A DNA stretch of 64,000 bases from an uncultured delta proteobacterium (GTDB lineage Bacteria > Desulfobacterota > Binatia > Binatales > Binataceae). The notes under the pieces were generated by a model that did no database searches, had not been told where the DNA came from, and worked only from the letters and a program-made list of their open reading frames with translations. Both the position numbers and the translations under genes were made by a program. Below are positions 29,952 through 39,494 of the stretch, in pieces. The stretch is from NCBI GenBank assembly GCA_963733715.1, contig CAVTEN010000039.1, positions 13,074 to 77,073 of the forward strand, in the 5' to 3' direction. How positions within the stretch are numbered: position 1 is the stretch's first letter; every line of letters begins with the position of its first letter.

Positions 29952-30350
29952 TTGAGGCGCGCCGTATTAGTAGTGGTGGCGATCTGCTGTTGCGGACTCG
30001 CCGGGTGTCTTTCGTGGAGCGAGGATCAGCAGGGCAATTTACAATCGGTGGGCTTGCCGGGGGTGCCTATTTGGAAATCCAAAACGCCTCCCGCGCCGAT
30101 AAGTCTTACCGACATGGGAATGACGCCCGAGGAAGCCGCGAAGGTGAGCGGGCCTGTCCTGGTCCTGCCACCGGACCAATCGATCAAAACCACCCGATAT
30201 CGCTACTACCAAACCGACCATAATAACTGCCAGCAGGATCTGGCGAAGCTGCTGGCGGTCAGGGCGGCGAGCAATGCGACCGGCGATCCGCCGTACTGCA
30301 CCGCGACTCCCACCGCGCCCGCATCGAAGGGTAACGCGTTCGTCTTCTGA
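29952..30350 (+). CDS. hypothetical lipoprotein
   Basis: Lipobox 'LAGC'; two further Cys; located between the two FHA-CAP genes. Confidence 0.7.
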   Translation: MRRAVLVVVAICCCGLAGCLSWSEDQQGNLQSVGLPGVPIWKSKTPPAPISLTDMGMTPEEAAKVSGPVLVLPPDQSIKTTRYRYYQTDHNNCQQDLAKLLAVRAASNATGDPPYCTATPTAPASKGNAFVF

Positions 30351-30391
30351 ATGTCTGCCGTCTTGAGCGCCGCGCGCGAGAGTAGCCGCAA

Positions 30392-32923
30392 GTGCTGAAA
30401 CGGCCGCAAGCCGCGCGACTGCTCGCGGTGGATCGCGAGGCGCAGGGCACCCGGCTGCTCGTGCTTGCCCGCGATGAGGCCGCGATCGGCAATGGCGAAG
30501 GTGCGGCGCTGCGCCTTTCCGATCCGAACGTCGCCGATCGTCACGCCACAGTCAGATACGCGCGCGGCCGCTACTACCTGGTCGATCTCAAATCCGAGCC
30601 GGGCACGTTCATCAACGGCAAGCGGATTCGCCGGACGCAGCGGCTCAAGCATGGCGACGTGTTGCGGTTTGGCAACGCGACTCCATATCGATTCATCGAT
30701 CCGGACGCGCAGAAGCGGCGGCGCTGGCGTCGCAACCTGCGCGCGAGTGCGGTGGTTGCGGTGCTTCTCGCAATAGGGTTGCTCGATCATTTCGAGCAAT
30801 GGGGACTGCTCCGCGCGACGTTCACCGAGATTGCCGCGTTGGCGCATCCGCATGTGACCGCGAAGCCGGTCGAGGCGCCAGTGGCCGTGGCTGTGAGTGC
30901 TCCGGTTCGGCCCGCGGCGCCGTCGGTGTCAGCGACGAGCATGCCGGGACCGGCGGCCTATGCCGCCAACGTCGCACCTACCGCACAACCGCTGGCGGCG
31001 TCGATACCGAAACCGCCGGCGTCACCGGCCACGTCAAGTGTGTCCGCGTCGTCGCCGATGACGTGGCTGGAGCGGATCAACTTCTTCCGCTCGGGAGCGG
31101 GACTCGATCCGATTCGCGACGATCCTAAGCTGAGTGCCGCCGCCACTGCGCATTCAAATTACCTGCTGCTCAATTTTGCCGAGGACATTCGATCTGCAAA
31201 ACCGATGAGCGGGTCGGCCTACGAGGAGAGCCCCGGCAAAACCGGGTACACGGAAAGCGGAGCACGCGAGGCCGCAAACCTTCAGCTCGAATGGGGCTGC
31301 AGCACGTACGATGCGGCGCAGCAAATCGATCATTGGATCGCGGGACCGTTCCATCGGCTCGCGATGCTCGATCCTTACCTGGCCGAGGCCGGCTACGGCG
31401 AAGCGGCGAGTGACGGATGCTGGGTCGCCGCACTGCGGTTGCCACCGCCGGCTGAAGAGGTGAAGCGGTATCCGCGCGCGATCGAGTTTCCGCCTGACGG
31501 TGCCGCATCAGCGCTCGATTGGCCTGGCCTCGAGGCGCCCGATCCGCTCGCGAGCTGTCCCGGCTACGAGCGGCCGACCGGCCTTCCGCTCACGCTGCAA
31601 CTCGGCCGGCTGGTGAGCACGAACCCCTCCGCGCATTCGTTGACGGAAGACGGCAAACCAATCGAGCACTGCGTATTCGATGCGCCGAGCTACCTGAACG
31701 CGGATTCGAAAGCCCAGGAGTATGGCCGTTGGAATCTGCGCAACGCGAGCGCGGTGGTGATCGTGCCGCGCGCACCGCTGCGGCCGGGCTCGCGCTACGC
31801 CGCCTCGATCACCGCGAACGGAGTGCCCTATACCTGGAGCTTCACCGCAGCGGAGAACGAGAGCACGTTCACGGCGATCGCAAAGTTTCCGACGCCCGCG
31901 CCGCCGCAATCTGTCATTACAAAGCCGCGACCGCATCGAGCCGCACGTCCGTTACGTCGCGCGACCCCGGCCCCTGAGGCAATGGCGTCGACGACGAGCG
32001 AGTCGGCAGAATACGCGGCCGCGGTCCCGGCGCCGACTCCGGAGACGACGATGGAGACGAATCCGGGCGCGACCAGCTTGGGCACGAACTGGCTGACGAT
32101 CGTGAACCTCTATCGCTCGCTCCTGAAGTTGCAGCCGGTGGAAGAGGATCCTGCTCTGAGCCGAGGCTGTCTGGATCACGCCAAATACCTGGTGACGAAC
32201 TACGAGTCGATGTTGGCGCGCGGATGGAATCCCGGCGGCCTGATGCATACCGAGGACGAATCGAAGCCGGGCTACACCCCTGACGGTATCAAGGCCGCGC
32301 GCCACAGCGATGTCATGTTCCAGCCGCCGGGCAAATACACCGAGGGTCAGCGAATGACGCGCGCGATCGAATGGTGGATCGCGGGACCGTTCCATCGCCC
32401 GTCGCTCGTGAACCCCGACCTGCGGCAGGTGGGATTCGGGCAGTACTGCGGACAAAGAGTTTGCGCGTCCGCGCTCGACGTAATCAGCGAGCTCGAGCCC
32501 GCGCTGCCGGGCGGCCATCCGTACGCAAGTCCGATCGAGGTTCCACCCGGCGGCGCGACGGTCAAACCCAGCGGCTTCGGAAATGAATGGCCGAGCCCTA
32601 CCTCGCCGTGTGCCGGATACCCGTACAATGCGTCCGCAATCACCATCCAGGTCGGCATCAATATGGCTGCGAGGATCACCGATGCTTCCCTGACTCAGAC
32701 GACCGGCGCCGGGGCGGGAACCAAGGTCGGAACTTGTGCCTATGACCTTCAGACGTATACCAATCCCGACCCGGGCACCCAGGCGCACGGGCGCGAGGTG
32801 CTCAAAGCATTTGGCGAAGCGGTGATGATGGTTCGCGATCCGCTGATAGGTGGCGAGAGTTATCGAGTCGACATGACCGTGAACGGCACGCCGTATAATT
32901 GGAGTCTCACTGCACTAAAGTGA
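30392..32923 (+). CDS. FHA - TM - two tandem (CAP + beta domain) modules
   Basis: Degenerate FHA 'VADRHA...SEPGTFING'; TM segment; two CAP repeats each with 'W.AGPFHR'; Pro/Ala/Thr-rich linkers. The true start may be ATG 30351 if another frameshift is present. Confidence 0.8.
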   Translation: MLKRPQAARLLAVDREAQGTRLLVLARDEAAIGNGEGAALRLSDPNVADRHATVRYARGRYYLVDLKSEPGTFINGKRIRRTQRLKHGDVLRFGNATPYRFIDPDAQKRRRWRRNLRASAVVAVLLAIGLLDHFEQWGLLRATFTEIAALAHPHVTAKPVEAPVAVAVSAPVRPAAPSVSATSMPGPAAYAANVAPTAQPLAASIPKPPASPATSSVSASSPMTWLERINFFRSGAGLDPIRDDPKLSAAATAHSNYLLLNFAEDIRSAKPMSGSAYEESPGKTGYTESGAREAANLQLEWGCSTYDAAQQIDHWIAGPFHRLAMLDPYLAEAGYGEAASDGCWVAALRLPPPAEEVKRYPRAIEFPPDGAASALDWPGLEAPDPLASCPGYERPTGLPLTLQLGRLVSTNPSAHSLTEDGKPIEHCVFDAPSYLNADSKAQEYGRWNLRNASAVVIVPRAPLRPGSRYAASITANGVPYTWSFTAAENESTFTAIAKFPTPAPPQSVITKPRPHRAARPLRRATPAPEAMASTTSESAEYAAAVPAPTPETTMETNPGATSLGTNWLTIVNLYRSLLKLQPVEEDPALSRGCLDHAKYLVTNYESMLARGWNPGGLMHTEDESKPGYTPDGIKAARHSDVMFQPPGKYTEGQRMTRAIEWWIAGPFHRPSLVNPDLRQVGFGQYCGQRVCASALDVISELEPALPGGHPYASPIEVPPGGATVKPSGFGNEWPSPTSPCAGYPYNASAITIQVGINMAARITDASLTQTTGAGAGTKVGTCAYDLQTYTNPDPGTQAHGREVLKAFGEAVMMVRDPLIGGESYRVDMTVNGTPYNWSLTALK

Positions 32924-32935
32924 GTAATGGACTGA

Positions 32936-34201
32936 CTATCGCTGGAAATCGACTGCGATGATCGTCGCCATCGAGTCGAGCGCGCTGTCGGGAGTCGCGA
33001 TCACAAGCTCGCCGATCGGGTCCTGATTGAACAGCGAATCGGCTGCGGAGATTCGCTTGCGGACCTTGAGCGAAATCGTACTCGACAACGGACGCGCGTC
33101 GCCGACGTGCTTTACTTTCACACCGCGCACCGAGACGGACTCGTACGGCCTCGCGAGCACGTGCAGGTAGATGCGATTGCCGCGGCGCGTCGACGGTCCG
33201 TAGAACTGCCACGGTTCGAGTCCGGGGTCGGTGCCGACGATCGCCTCGTTGTTTCGGTCCATCCAATCGCCGATCGCTTCGAGCCGCTCGATATGTTCAG
33301 GAGGCAGCGCACCGTCGCCCATCGGGCTCACGTTGAGCAGCAGATTTCCGCCCTTGCCCGCAACCTCGCACAGCGTATGGATCAATGAGCGCGTCGATTT
33401 GAGGTCTTTGTCGGAAGGATTGTAGCCCCAGCTGTTGTTAATCGTCAGGCAGGTCTCCCACGGACCTTCCGGCGGCTTCGGTGGTACGGCCTGTTCGGGC
33501 GTCTGATAGTCGCCGTAGCCCGGGATGCGATCATTGATGACGACCTCGGGCTGGAGCGAGTGGATCATCTCGACGAATTCGCGCGACTTCCATTCCTCGG
33601 GCGTGCGTTCCCATCCGCCGTCGAACCACAGCAGATCGATCTTGCCGTAGTTGGTCAGCAACTCGCGCATCTGAGCGAACATGAACTCGATAAACCGATT
33701 CCATTGCTCAGGCGTCGAACGCCGCCACCCGCCCCATTTGTAAGGCTTGTCCGACTCGAGAAACGTCGGATAGTCAGGATGATGCCAGTCGATAAGTGAG
33801 TAGTACAGTCCGACCTTGAGCCCCTCGGCGCGGAATGCATCTGTATACTCACGAACTATATCGCGCTTGAAAGGTGAATACTCAATCGAATAGTCAGAAT
33901 GCTTCGTGTGGAATAGTGAATAGCCGTCGTGGTGCTTACTGGTTAATACGGCGTACTGCATACCCGCGCGTTTAGCTCTTTTAGCGAGTCCGCGCGCATC
34001 CCAATTTATCGGATTGAAGGTTTTGGCGGTCGAATGATATTCGTCGACGCCGACGCTCTGGCCCTCGGGCAGCGCGCCGACGCCGCCGACCAGCGGCCAC
34101 GACAGCTCGAGCCCGCGCTGGCTGCAATGTCCCCAATGGATGAACATCCCGAATCTTGCCTTGTTGAACCACGATTCCATAGCGGGGCATTGTCGCTTCA
34201 T
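32936..34201 (-). CDS. alpha-L-fucosidase (GH29)
   Basis: 'WF..ARFGMFIHWG', 'TSKHHDGYSL', 'YYSLIDWHHP', 'LWFDG'. Confidence 0.92.
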   Translation of the reverse strand: MKRQCPAMESWFNKARFGMFIHWGHCSQRGLELSWPLVGGVGALPEGQSVGVDEYHSTAKTFNPINWDARGLAKRAKRAGMQYAVLTSKHHDGYSLFHTKHSDYSIEYSPFKRDIVREYTDAFRAEGLKVGLYYSLIDWHHPDYPTFLESDKPYKWGGWRRSTPEQWNRFIEFMFAQMRELLTNYGKIDLLWFDGGWERTPEEWKSREFVEMIHSLQPEVVINDRIPGYGDYQTPEQAVPPKPPEGPWETCLTINNSWGYNPSDKDLKSTRSLIHTLCEVAGKGGNLLLNVSPMGDGALPPEHIERLEAIGDWMDRNNEAIVGTDPGLEPWQFYGPSTRRGNRIYLHVLARPYESVSVRGVKVKHVGDARPLSSTISLKVRKRISAADSLFNQDPIGELVIATPDSALDSMATIIAVDFQR

Positions 34202-34280
34202 CGGAGGAGGCTGTCTACTGCGCGCGAGGAACCATCTTCTGATCTTCTTCCGCTTTCCGCTTGGGAAGGCCTCCTCTTAT

Positions 34281-34322
34281 CTGGTTCCCCTTCCCGCTCG
34301 GGAAGGGGTTAGGGGTTAGGTT
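34281..34322 (+). repeat. REP family A copy 3
   Basis: CTGGTT-CCCCTTCCC-GCTC-GGGAAGGGG-TTAGGGG-TTAGGTT. Confidence 0.9.
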
Positions 34323-34348
34323 TCTGCTCCTCTCGCCCCACTTCCACG

Positions 34349-35218
34349 TCACTGAAACAAATTCCAGCCGAGGGCTGGTACGAGTTGATCATAGGAAACG
34401 CCTATCAGCCAGACGAAGGCGACGGCGCCGCTGCCCGAGGATGCGCGATTGAGGGCGACCTGGACGCCGAGATTTATTTCGAAAGTCGAGTTGAGCCAGG
34501 CGATGGCGGGCGTCAGTTCGAAGTCGGGCTGCGACGAGTTGCGATGCGCGCTCAGATACTGCGCGTATTCGAAATCGAGATGCGGCGTGAGATCGCGGAT
34601 TGCGTGCGGCACGAAACCGCCGGCGACGTTCGCGTCGAGGTAGTTCAGCGAATATTCGAGCTCGAGGTCGGCAGACAGGAGATCGTCGCGCGCGCCGGTC
34701 ACCTTGCTTTCCCATCCCGCGTCGCCTTCGATGCCGGCTGGGCGCAGCATGCTGAGCGAGTCGGGCAAATCCGCCAACCCCTTCTGAAAAAGCAAATCAC
34801 CGCCGGCTCGCGGATGGGATTCAGAGCCGATGCTGCGGCTGCCGACGGGCAGTTCGAGCGAGGGACTAATCGTGAACACGAATTCGTGGAGCGGGAGCGA
34901 GAGGAGCACACGTTTGTATGAGAGGCCAAGGTTGGAGAATCCGCTGGCGCTGGTCTGCTCGCCTTCCTGCTCGAGGCGCTGGTAGCCGACGAAGAGCGAG
35001 AAGCTGGATTTGGACGAGACGGTTTTTTCGAGGTACAGCGACTCGGAATTCTGCGCTTTGTCGACGGCGCCCCCGATGGAGAGATAGTTCTCGACCGTCG
35101 CATCATTACCGATGAAGTTGCCGACGAACGATCGCGATGGAGGATCGGCGCGCGCCGTGCTGACGCTCAGCAGTATCGATGCGATGCCGAATACTAAGAG
35201 CGGTTTCACTGCGGACAT
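34349..35218 (-). CDS. secreted protein, probable outer-membrane beta-barrel
   Basis: Signal peptide ending 'ARA'; many alternating hydrophobic/polar strands; aromatic C-terminus. Confidence 0.55.
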   Translation of the reverse strand: MSAVKPLLVFGIASILLSVSTARADPPSRSFVGNFIGNDATVENYLSIGGAVDKAQNSESLYLEKTVSSKSSFSLFVGYQRLEQEGEQTSASGFSNLGLSYKRVLLSLPLHEFVFTISPSLELPVGSRSIGSESHPRAGGDLLFQKGLADLPDSLSMLRPAGIEGDAGWESKVTGARDDLLSADLELEYSLNYLDANVAGGFVPHAIRDLTPHLDFEYAQYLSAHRNSSQPDFELTPAIAWLNSTFEINLGVQVALNRASSGSGAVAFVWLIGVSYDQLVPALGWNLFQ

Positions 35219-35318
35219 AGAACCGCACCGGGCCGACATCCGCAATATCGCGCTGTTGGGGAAATCGCGGTGCGCGTGATATTGGAAAAATGAAACGCCT
35301 GAGCGTCGGAGGCCAACG

Positions 35319-36590
35319 ATGAAGATTTCGATGTTCCATCTGATGCCGTATCGCGATCTGCCTGAGGATTTCGCGCAGAAGTATCACTCGGTGTGGGTCG
35401 ATCCGCCTTATTGCGAGCTGGCCGATTCGGTCAAGGTCGGGCAGTACTACAACTGGACGCTCGATGAGCTGATCCACGCGGCCGACAAGGGAATCGACGG
35501 GATCTGCGTCAACGAGCATCATCAGAATGCATACGGCTTCATGCCGAATCCCGACCTGATGGGATCGATTCTCGCGCGCGCGACCAACGGCACCGACGTC
35601 GCGGTGGTGCAGATGGGGGCGACGCTGCCGACCTCGAATCCGCCGATTCGAATCGCCGAAGAATATTCGATGATCGATTGTATCAGCGGCGGCCGGATGG
35701 TGGCCGGGATGCCGCTTGGGACGTCGCAGGATGTGAACCTGTGCTACGGAATCCCGCCGATTGAGCAGCGCGAGCGATACTACGAGGCGCACGACCTGAT
35801 TCTGAAAGCGTGGCAGTCGCCCGAAATTTTCGCGTGGAACGGCAAGTACTTCAAACTGCCGATGGTCAATATCTGGCCGCGTCCGATTCAGAAGCCGCAT
35901 CCGCCGGTCTGGATTCCCGGCAGCGGCAGTCTCTCGACCTGGGATTTTTCCGCCAAGCACAACCATTGCTACTGCTTCCTGTCGTACTGGGGGAACAATT
36001 TCGGCAAGCGCGTGATGGACGGCTTCTGGGATTTCGTCGCCAAGGGCAATCACGATCCCAATCCGTATCGCGCGGGTTTTTTGCAGCTGGTTGCGGTGTC
36101 GGAGACCGACGCGCAGGCCGAGAAGGATTACTACAAGCACATCCGATATTTTTACGACAAATGCCTGCATATCCTGCCCGAGTATTTTCCCGTCGCCGGC
36201 AACCAGGACTACAAGAGCCTGGTCAACAGCGTGACCAAGCTGAATCCGCAGCTGTTCGATCTGATGAACAAGATCCCGACGTGGAAGTACAAGGACTTCG
36301 TCGACAATCAGTTCGTGATCGCGGGGTCGCCGGCCACCGTGCGCCAGCAGTTGATGGAAGCGGTCAAGAAATTGCGCGTCGGCAACCTGATGGTGCTGCT
36401 GCATATCGGATCGATGCCGCACGACTTGACGATCAAGAATATCGATCTGTTCTGCAGCGAGGTGCTGCCGCATTTCCGCGGCGTTTGGGACGGCGAATGG
36501 GAAAATAAGTGGTGGCCCGAGTCGCTGAAGGGACCGCGCACAAAGATCGCGTCGAACGGAGTGCATGCGGCGGCGCGACCTAACCCCTAA
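35319..36590 (+). CDS. LLM-class flavin-dependent monooxygenase
   Basis: 'GICVNEHHQ..YG.MPNP', 'RIAEEYSMID.ISGGR', 'WPRPIQKPHPPVWIPG'; the stop codon lies inside a REP. Confidence 0.9.
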   Translation: MKISMFHLMPYRDLPEDFAQKYHSVWVDPPYCELADSVKVGQYYNWTLDELIHAADKGIDGICVNEHHQNAYGFMPNPDLMGSILARATNGTDVAVVQMGATLPTSNPPIRIAEEYSMIDCISGGRMVAGMPLGTSQDVNLCYGIPPIEQRERYYEAHDLILKAWQSPEIFAWNGKYFKLPMVNIWPRPIQKPHPPVWIPGSGSLSTWDFSAKHNHCYCFLSYWGNNFGKRVMDGFWDFVAKGNHDPNPYRAGFLQLVAVSETDAQAEKDYYKHIRYFYDKCLHILPEYFPVAGNQDYKSLVNSVTKLNPQLFDLMNKIPTWKYKDFVDNQFVIAGSPATVRQQLMEAVKKLRVGNLMVLLHIGSMPHDLTIKNIDLFCSEVLPHFRGVWDGEWENKWWPESLKGPRTKIASNGVHAAARPNP

Positions 36591-36656
36591 CCCCTTCCCA
36601 TAGTGGGAAGGGGAACCGGATTTCAGAGAGACCCTCCGCATGGGAGGGGAACCGGA
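36578..36656 (-). repeat. REP family A copy 4 plus a degenerate tandem half-copy
   Basis: ACCTAACCCCTAACCCCTTCCC-ATAGT-GGGAAGGGGAACCGG (36578-36619), then ACCCTCC-GCAT-GGGAGGGGAACCGGA (36631-36656). Confidence 0.85.
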
Positions 36657-36671
36657 GTGGAAAGGACTTAT

Positions 36672-37454
36672 ATGGCGGCTGCAAAAGATAAGACAGTCAG
36701 CGTTTGGGGCGACAAGGTTCATCCTAAGGTCAGGATTCTTGGGGATGGGCCGCCGGTGGTTTATCTGCATGGTGGGTATGGGCCGATTGAAACCGAGCTG
36801 CTCGACGAGCTCGCGAAGAGTTTCACAGTATATGCCCCAGAGCATCCTGGGATCACGGCGGGCGACGAGGATTCCTACAAGGCGCTCGATGATATGTGGG
36901 ATCTCGTCCTCTACTACTACGACTTGTTCGACAAGCTCGGGCTCAAGTCGCCGGCGGTGGTTGGGCATTCGTTCGGTGGGATGATCGCCGGTGAAATCGC
37001 GGCGACCGATCCGACGCGCGTCGGCAAGCTGGTGCTGATAAGTCCGCTGGGTTTGTGGCGCGACGATTCTCCCATTCGCAATTACATCGTGACGCCGCAG
37101 ACTGAGCTGCCCGCGCTGCTGTTCAAGGATCAGCATCACCCGTCGCTGAAGCGAATCACCCTGAACCCCGAAGATCAGCAGGGATTCATCCGAATCACCT
37201 GGGCGCTCGGATGCACCGGCAAGTTCATGTGGCCGATACCGGACAAGGGTCTGCGGAAAAGGCTCCACCGAATCGCAGCGCCGACGCTTATTGTGTGGGG
37301 CAAGGACGATAAGCTGCTACCGGCCGTGTACGCCGACGAATTCCGCAAAGGCATTCCCGGCGCCAGGATACATCTCGTCGATGACGGCGCGCACATGATG
37401 CCGCTCGAAGAGCCGGCGAAGCTCGCTGCGACGGTCGCGAAGTTCATCAAGTAG
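36672..37454 (+). CDS. alpha/beta hydrolase
   Basis: 'VYLHGG', 'VGHSFGG', 'PTLIVWG.DD', 'GAHM'. Confidence 0.9.
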   Translation: MAAAKDKTVSVWGDKVHPKVRILGDGPPVVYLHGGYGPIETELLDELAKSFTVYAPEHPGITAGDEDSYKALDDMWDLVLYYYDLFDKLGLKSPAVVGHSFGGMIAGEIAATDPTRVGKLVLISPLGLWRDDSPIRNYIVTPQTELPALLFKDQHHPSLKRITLNPEDQQGFIRITWALGCTGKFMWPIPDKGLRKRLHRIAAPTLIVWGKDDKLLPAVYADEFRKGIPGARIHLVDDGAHMMPLEEPAKLAATVAKFIK

Positions 37455-37527
37455 GGAAGAAATCGATCCACAATCTGACACTGCCGCCAAGCGTGGCTCC
37501 CGGCTCGCGGCTGCCTTCGCGCTGGCT

Positions 37528-38781
37528 GTGGCAGTCGCGGCGATCGCTGTGCTGTTCGCGCTGCCGGCCCATCCGGAGCGGATGTCCGATGCAGATTTCT
37601 ACGCCGCGTTAGGGCATACGGCACCATATCCCGGCGCGACTCCGCGTCCGTTTTCGTGGCGCATTCTGGAGCCGACTCTCGTCCGGATACTGTCGCCGTG
37701 GCTCGGTCAGCATGGATCGTTCGAAGCGATCGCGCTGACGTCGATGCTGATGCTGGGAATCGGAGTGACAATTCTGGCGATCGAGTCGGTGCGCTATCCA
37801 CTGGCGATATCGGCAATCATGTTGCTGCCGTTCGAGATCCAGTCGCTGCCAACTTTCTATTTGCCCGACCTGCTCAATGCGGGATTGCTCGCGATGTTCA
37901 TTCTCGCAGTCGCGAGTGAGACGGATCTGATCGCGAGCTTGATGCTATTGCTTCTGTTTGTCAGCCGCGAGTCCGCGATTCTGGTCGCCGCGGTAGTGAT
38001 CCCGATCGCAATCGCGAGGCATCGGCGGACGCTCGCCGTGGGCGCCGTCGTGGCGACCTTTGCGGGCACTAGCATTACGCATCATTTCGCGGCGCTCGGT
38101 CCGCCGAATTTGTACGGGTTGCCCGATTTTTTCTATCTGACGTTCAAAATCGCTTACAACGCGTTCCACAATCTAGCCGGAATAAAGCTGGCGGTCCCTG
38201 GCGGCAAGAACGCCTGTCAGCCGGAGTGGGTACTCAAGCTCCCGCGAATTTTGCCGACTAATTTCTTGAACCACGTCGGAATTTGCCGATGGGATCCGTG
38301 GCAACCCGTCTCGACGATGATTGCATGGCTGACCGGGTTTGGAGCAGCGCCGGCTGTCGCCATTTGCTGCGGACTCAGGTCGCGCAAGGATATTCTACGC
38401 GCGCCGGTGTGGACGCTGATTGCGGCAGGCTATGGAGCAATCTCGTTTGCAATCGGCCCGGTCACGGGGACCTGGGTGGATCGCCTGGTCGGCTACGGAT
38501 GGCCGCTCTTTCTTATCGCCACGCCGTATTTTCTCGAACGAGCCTGGAACTGGGAGCGCACCGCGGTGGCGACGCTGCTTGGATGCCACGCTGCCCTGAT
38601 CGCGATCAATCTTGCGACGCCGCCCTTGTTCGCGCGGGTTGCGTATCTGTCGGGGGATGAACGCGCTGCGATCGGAGCGTTCGTCAGCTTGGCCGCACTC
38701 GTGCTCCATATCAGCGCGTATCGAACGGTTGCACGCGAGGCGTTCGACGCCCCCTCTGCGACACTGCTGGCACAAAACTGA
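37528..38781 (+). CDS. polytopic membrane protein, possibly a GT-C-fold glycosyltransferase
   Basis: About 10 hydrophobic segments; early loop 'SDADFY', 'PFSWRIL.P', 'VSRES'. Confidence 0.55.
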   Translation: MAVAAIAVLFALPAHPERMSDADFYAALGHTAPYPGATPRPFSWRILEPTLVRILSPWLGQHGSFEAIALTSMLMLGIGVTILAIESVRYPLAISAIMLLPFEIQSLPTFYLPDLLNAGLLAMFILAVASETDLIASLMLLLLFVSRESAILVAAVVIPIAIARHRRTLAVGAVVATFAGTSITHHFAALGPPNLYGLPDFFYLTFKIAYNAFHNLAGIKLAVPGGKNACQPEWVLKLPRILPTNFLNHVGICRWDPWQPVSTMIAWLTGFGAAPAVAICCGLRSRKDILRAPVWTLIAAGYGAISFAIGPVTGTWVDRLVGYGWPLFLIATPYFLERAWNWERTAVATLLGCHAALIAINLATPPLFARVAYLSGDERAAIGAFVSLAALVLHISAYRTVAREAFDAPSATLLAQN

Positions 38782-38923
38782 ATTTAGCTCGCTCGTGCCG
38801 CTGCTGCCGCACGCACCGAATCGCCACTTGCGGATTGGCGACGCCTCGAATACTTCCATACAGGACCGTAGGACTAACCTGCATGGACCTTTGACTGGTC
38901 GTGCGAATGCGAGTGGGATAATA

Positions 38924-39478
38924 ATGAAACGTAATCCCCTTAGAATGTCGTGTCTTGCCGTCGTGGCGGTCCTGATGCTCGCCTCGGCCTGCAAGGGCGC
39001 AACGGATGGACTTCCAGTGAGAAACACAGGCCATTACGCAATTATCGAGACCGAGCGCGGAACTATCGTCATGGAGCTTTACCCCGACGCTGCCCCCAAG
39101 ACCGTGGCGAATTTCGAGACGCTGGTGAACAAGGGCTTCTACAACGGCTTGACGTGGCATCGCGTCGTCCCGGACTTCGTCATCCAGGGCGGAGATCCTG
39201 ACGGCACGGGAGCCGGTGGTCCCGGATACACCGTCCCCGCTGAGATCAAGGAGAAGCATCTGCGCGGCAGTCTCGCGACCGCGCGGCAGGGCGACGAAGT
39301 TAATCCGACGCGCGCTTCGAGCGGCAGCCAGTTCTACATCTGCCTCCAGCCGCAGCCGGGACTCGACGGCCAATACACCGTCTTCGGCGGCGTGATTAAG
39401 GGGATGGACGCGGTCGATCAGATTCAGAAGGGCGACCACATGAAGAAAATCACGCTCGCCAAGGAGCCGCCCAAGTAG
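38924..39478 (+). CDS. cyclophilin-type peptidyl-prolyl isomerase (lipoprotein)
   Basis: Lipobox 'ASAC'; 'APKTVANF', 'FYNGLTWHRVVPDFVIQGGDP.G.G.GGPGY', 'SGSQFYI'. Confidence 0.93.
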   Translation: MKRNPLRMSCLAVVAVLMLASACKGATDGLPVRNTGHYAIIETERGTIVMELYPDAAPKTVANFETLVNKGFYNGLTWHRVVPDFVIQGGDPDGTGAGGPGYTVPAEIKEKHLRGSLATARQGDEVNPTRASSGSQFYICLQPQPGLDGQYTVFGGVIKGMDAVDQIQKGDHMKKITLAKEPPK

Positions 39479-39494
39479 CCGCGGCGCGTCGCAC

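Noticed and set aside
35106-37268. 720-aa minus-strand ORF and other long antisense ORFs (for example 42688-44088, 15075-16151, 45310-46314, 11089-12153, 10555-11061)
   Set aside because: They are shadows of well-supported genes on the opposite strand, expected in high-GC DNA, with no recognisable motifs.
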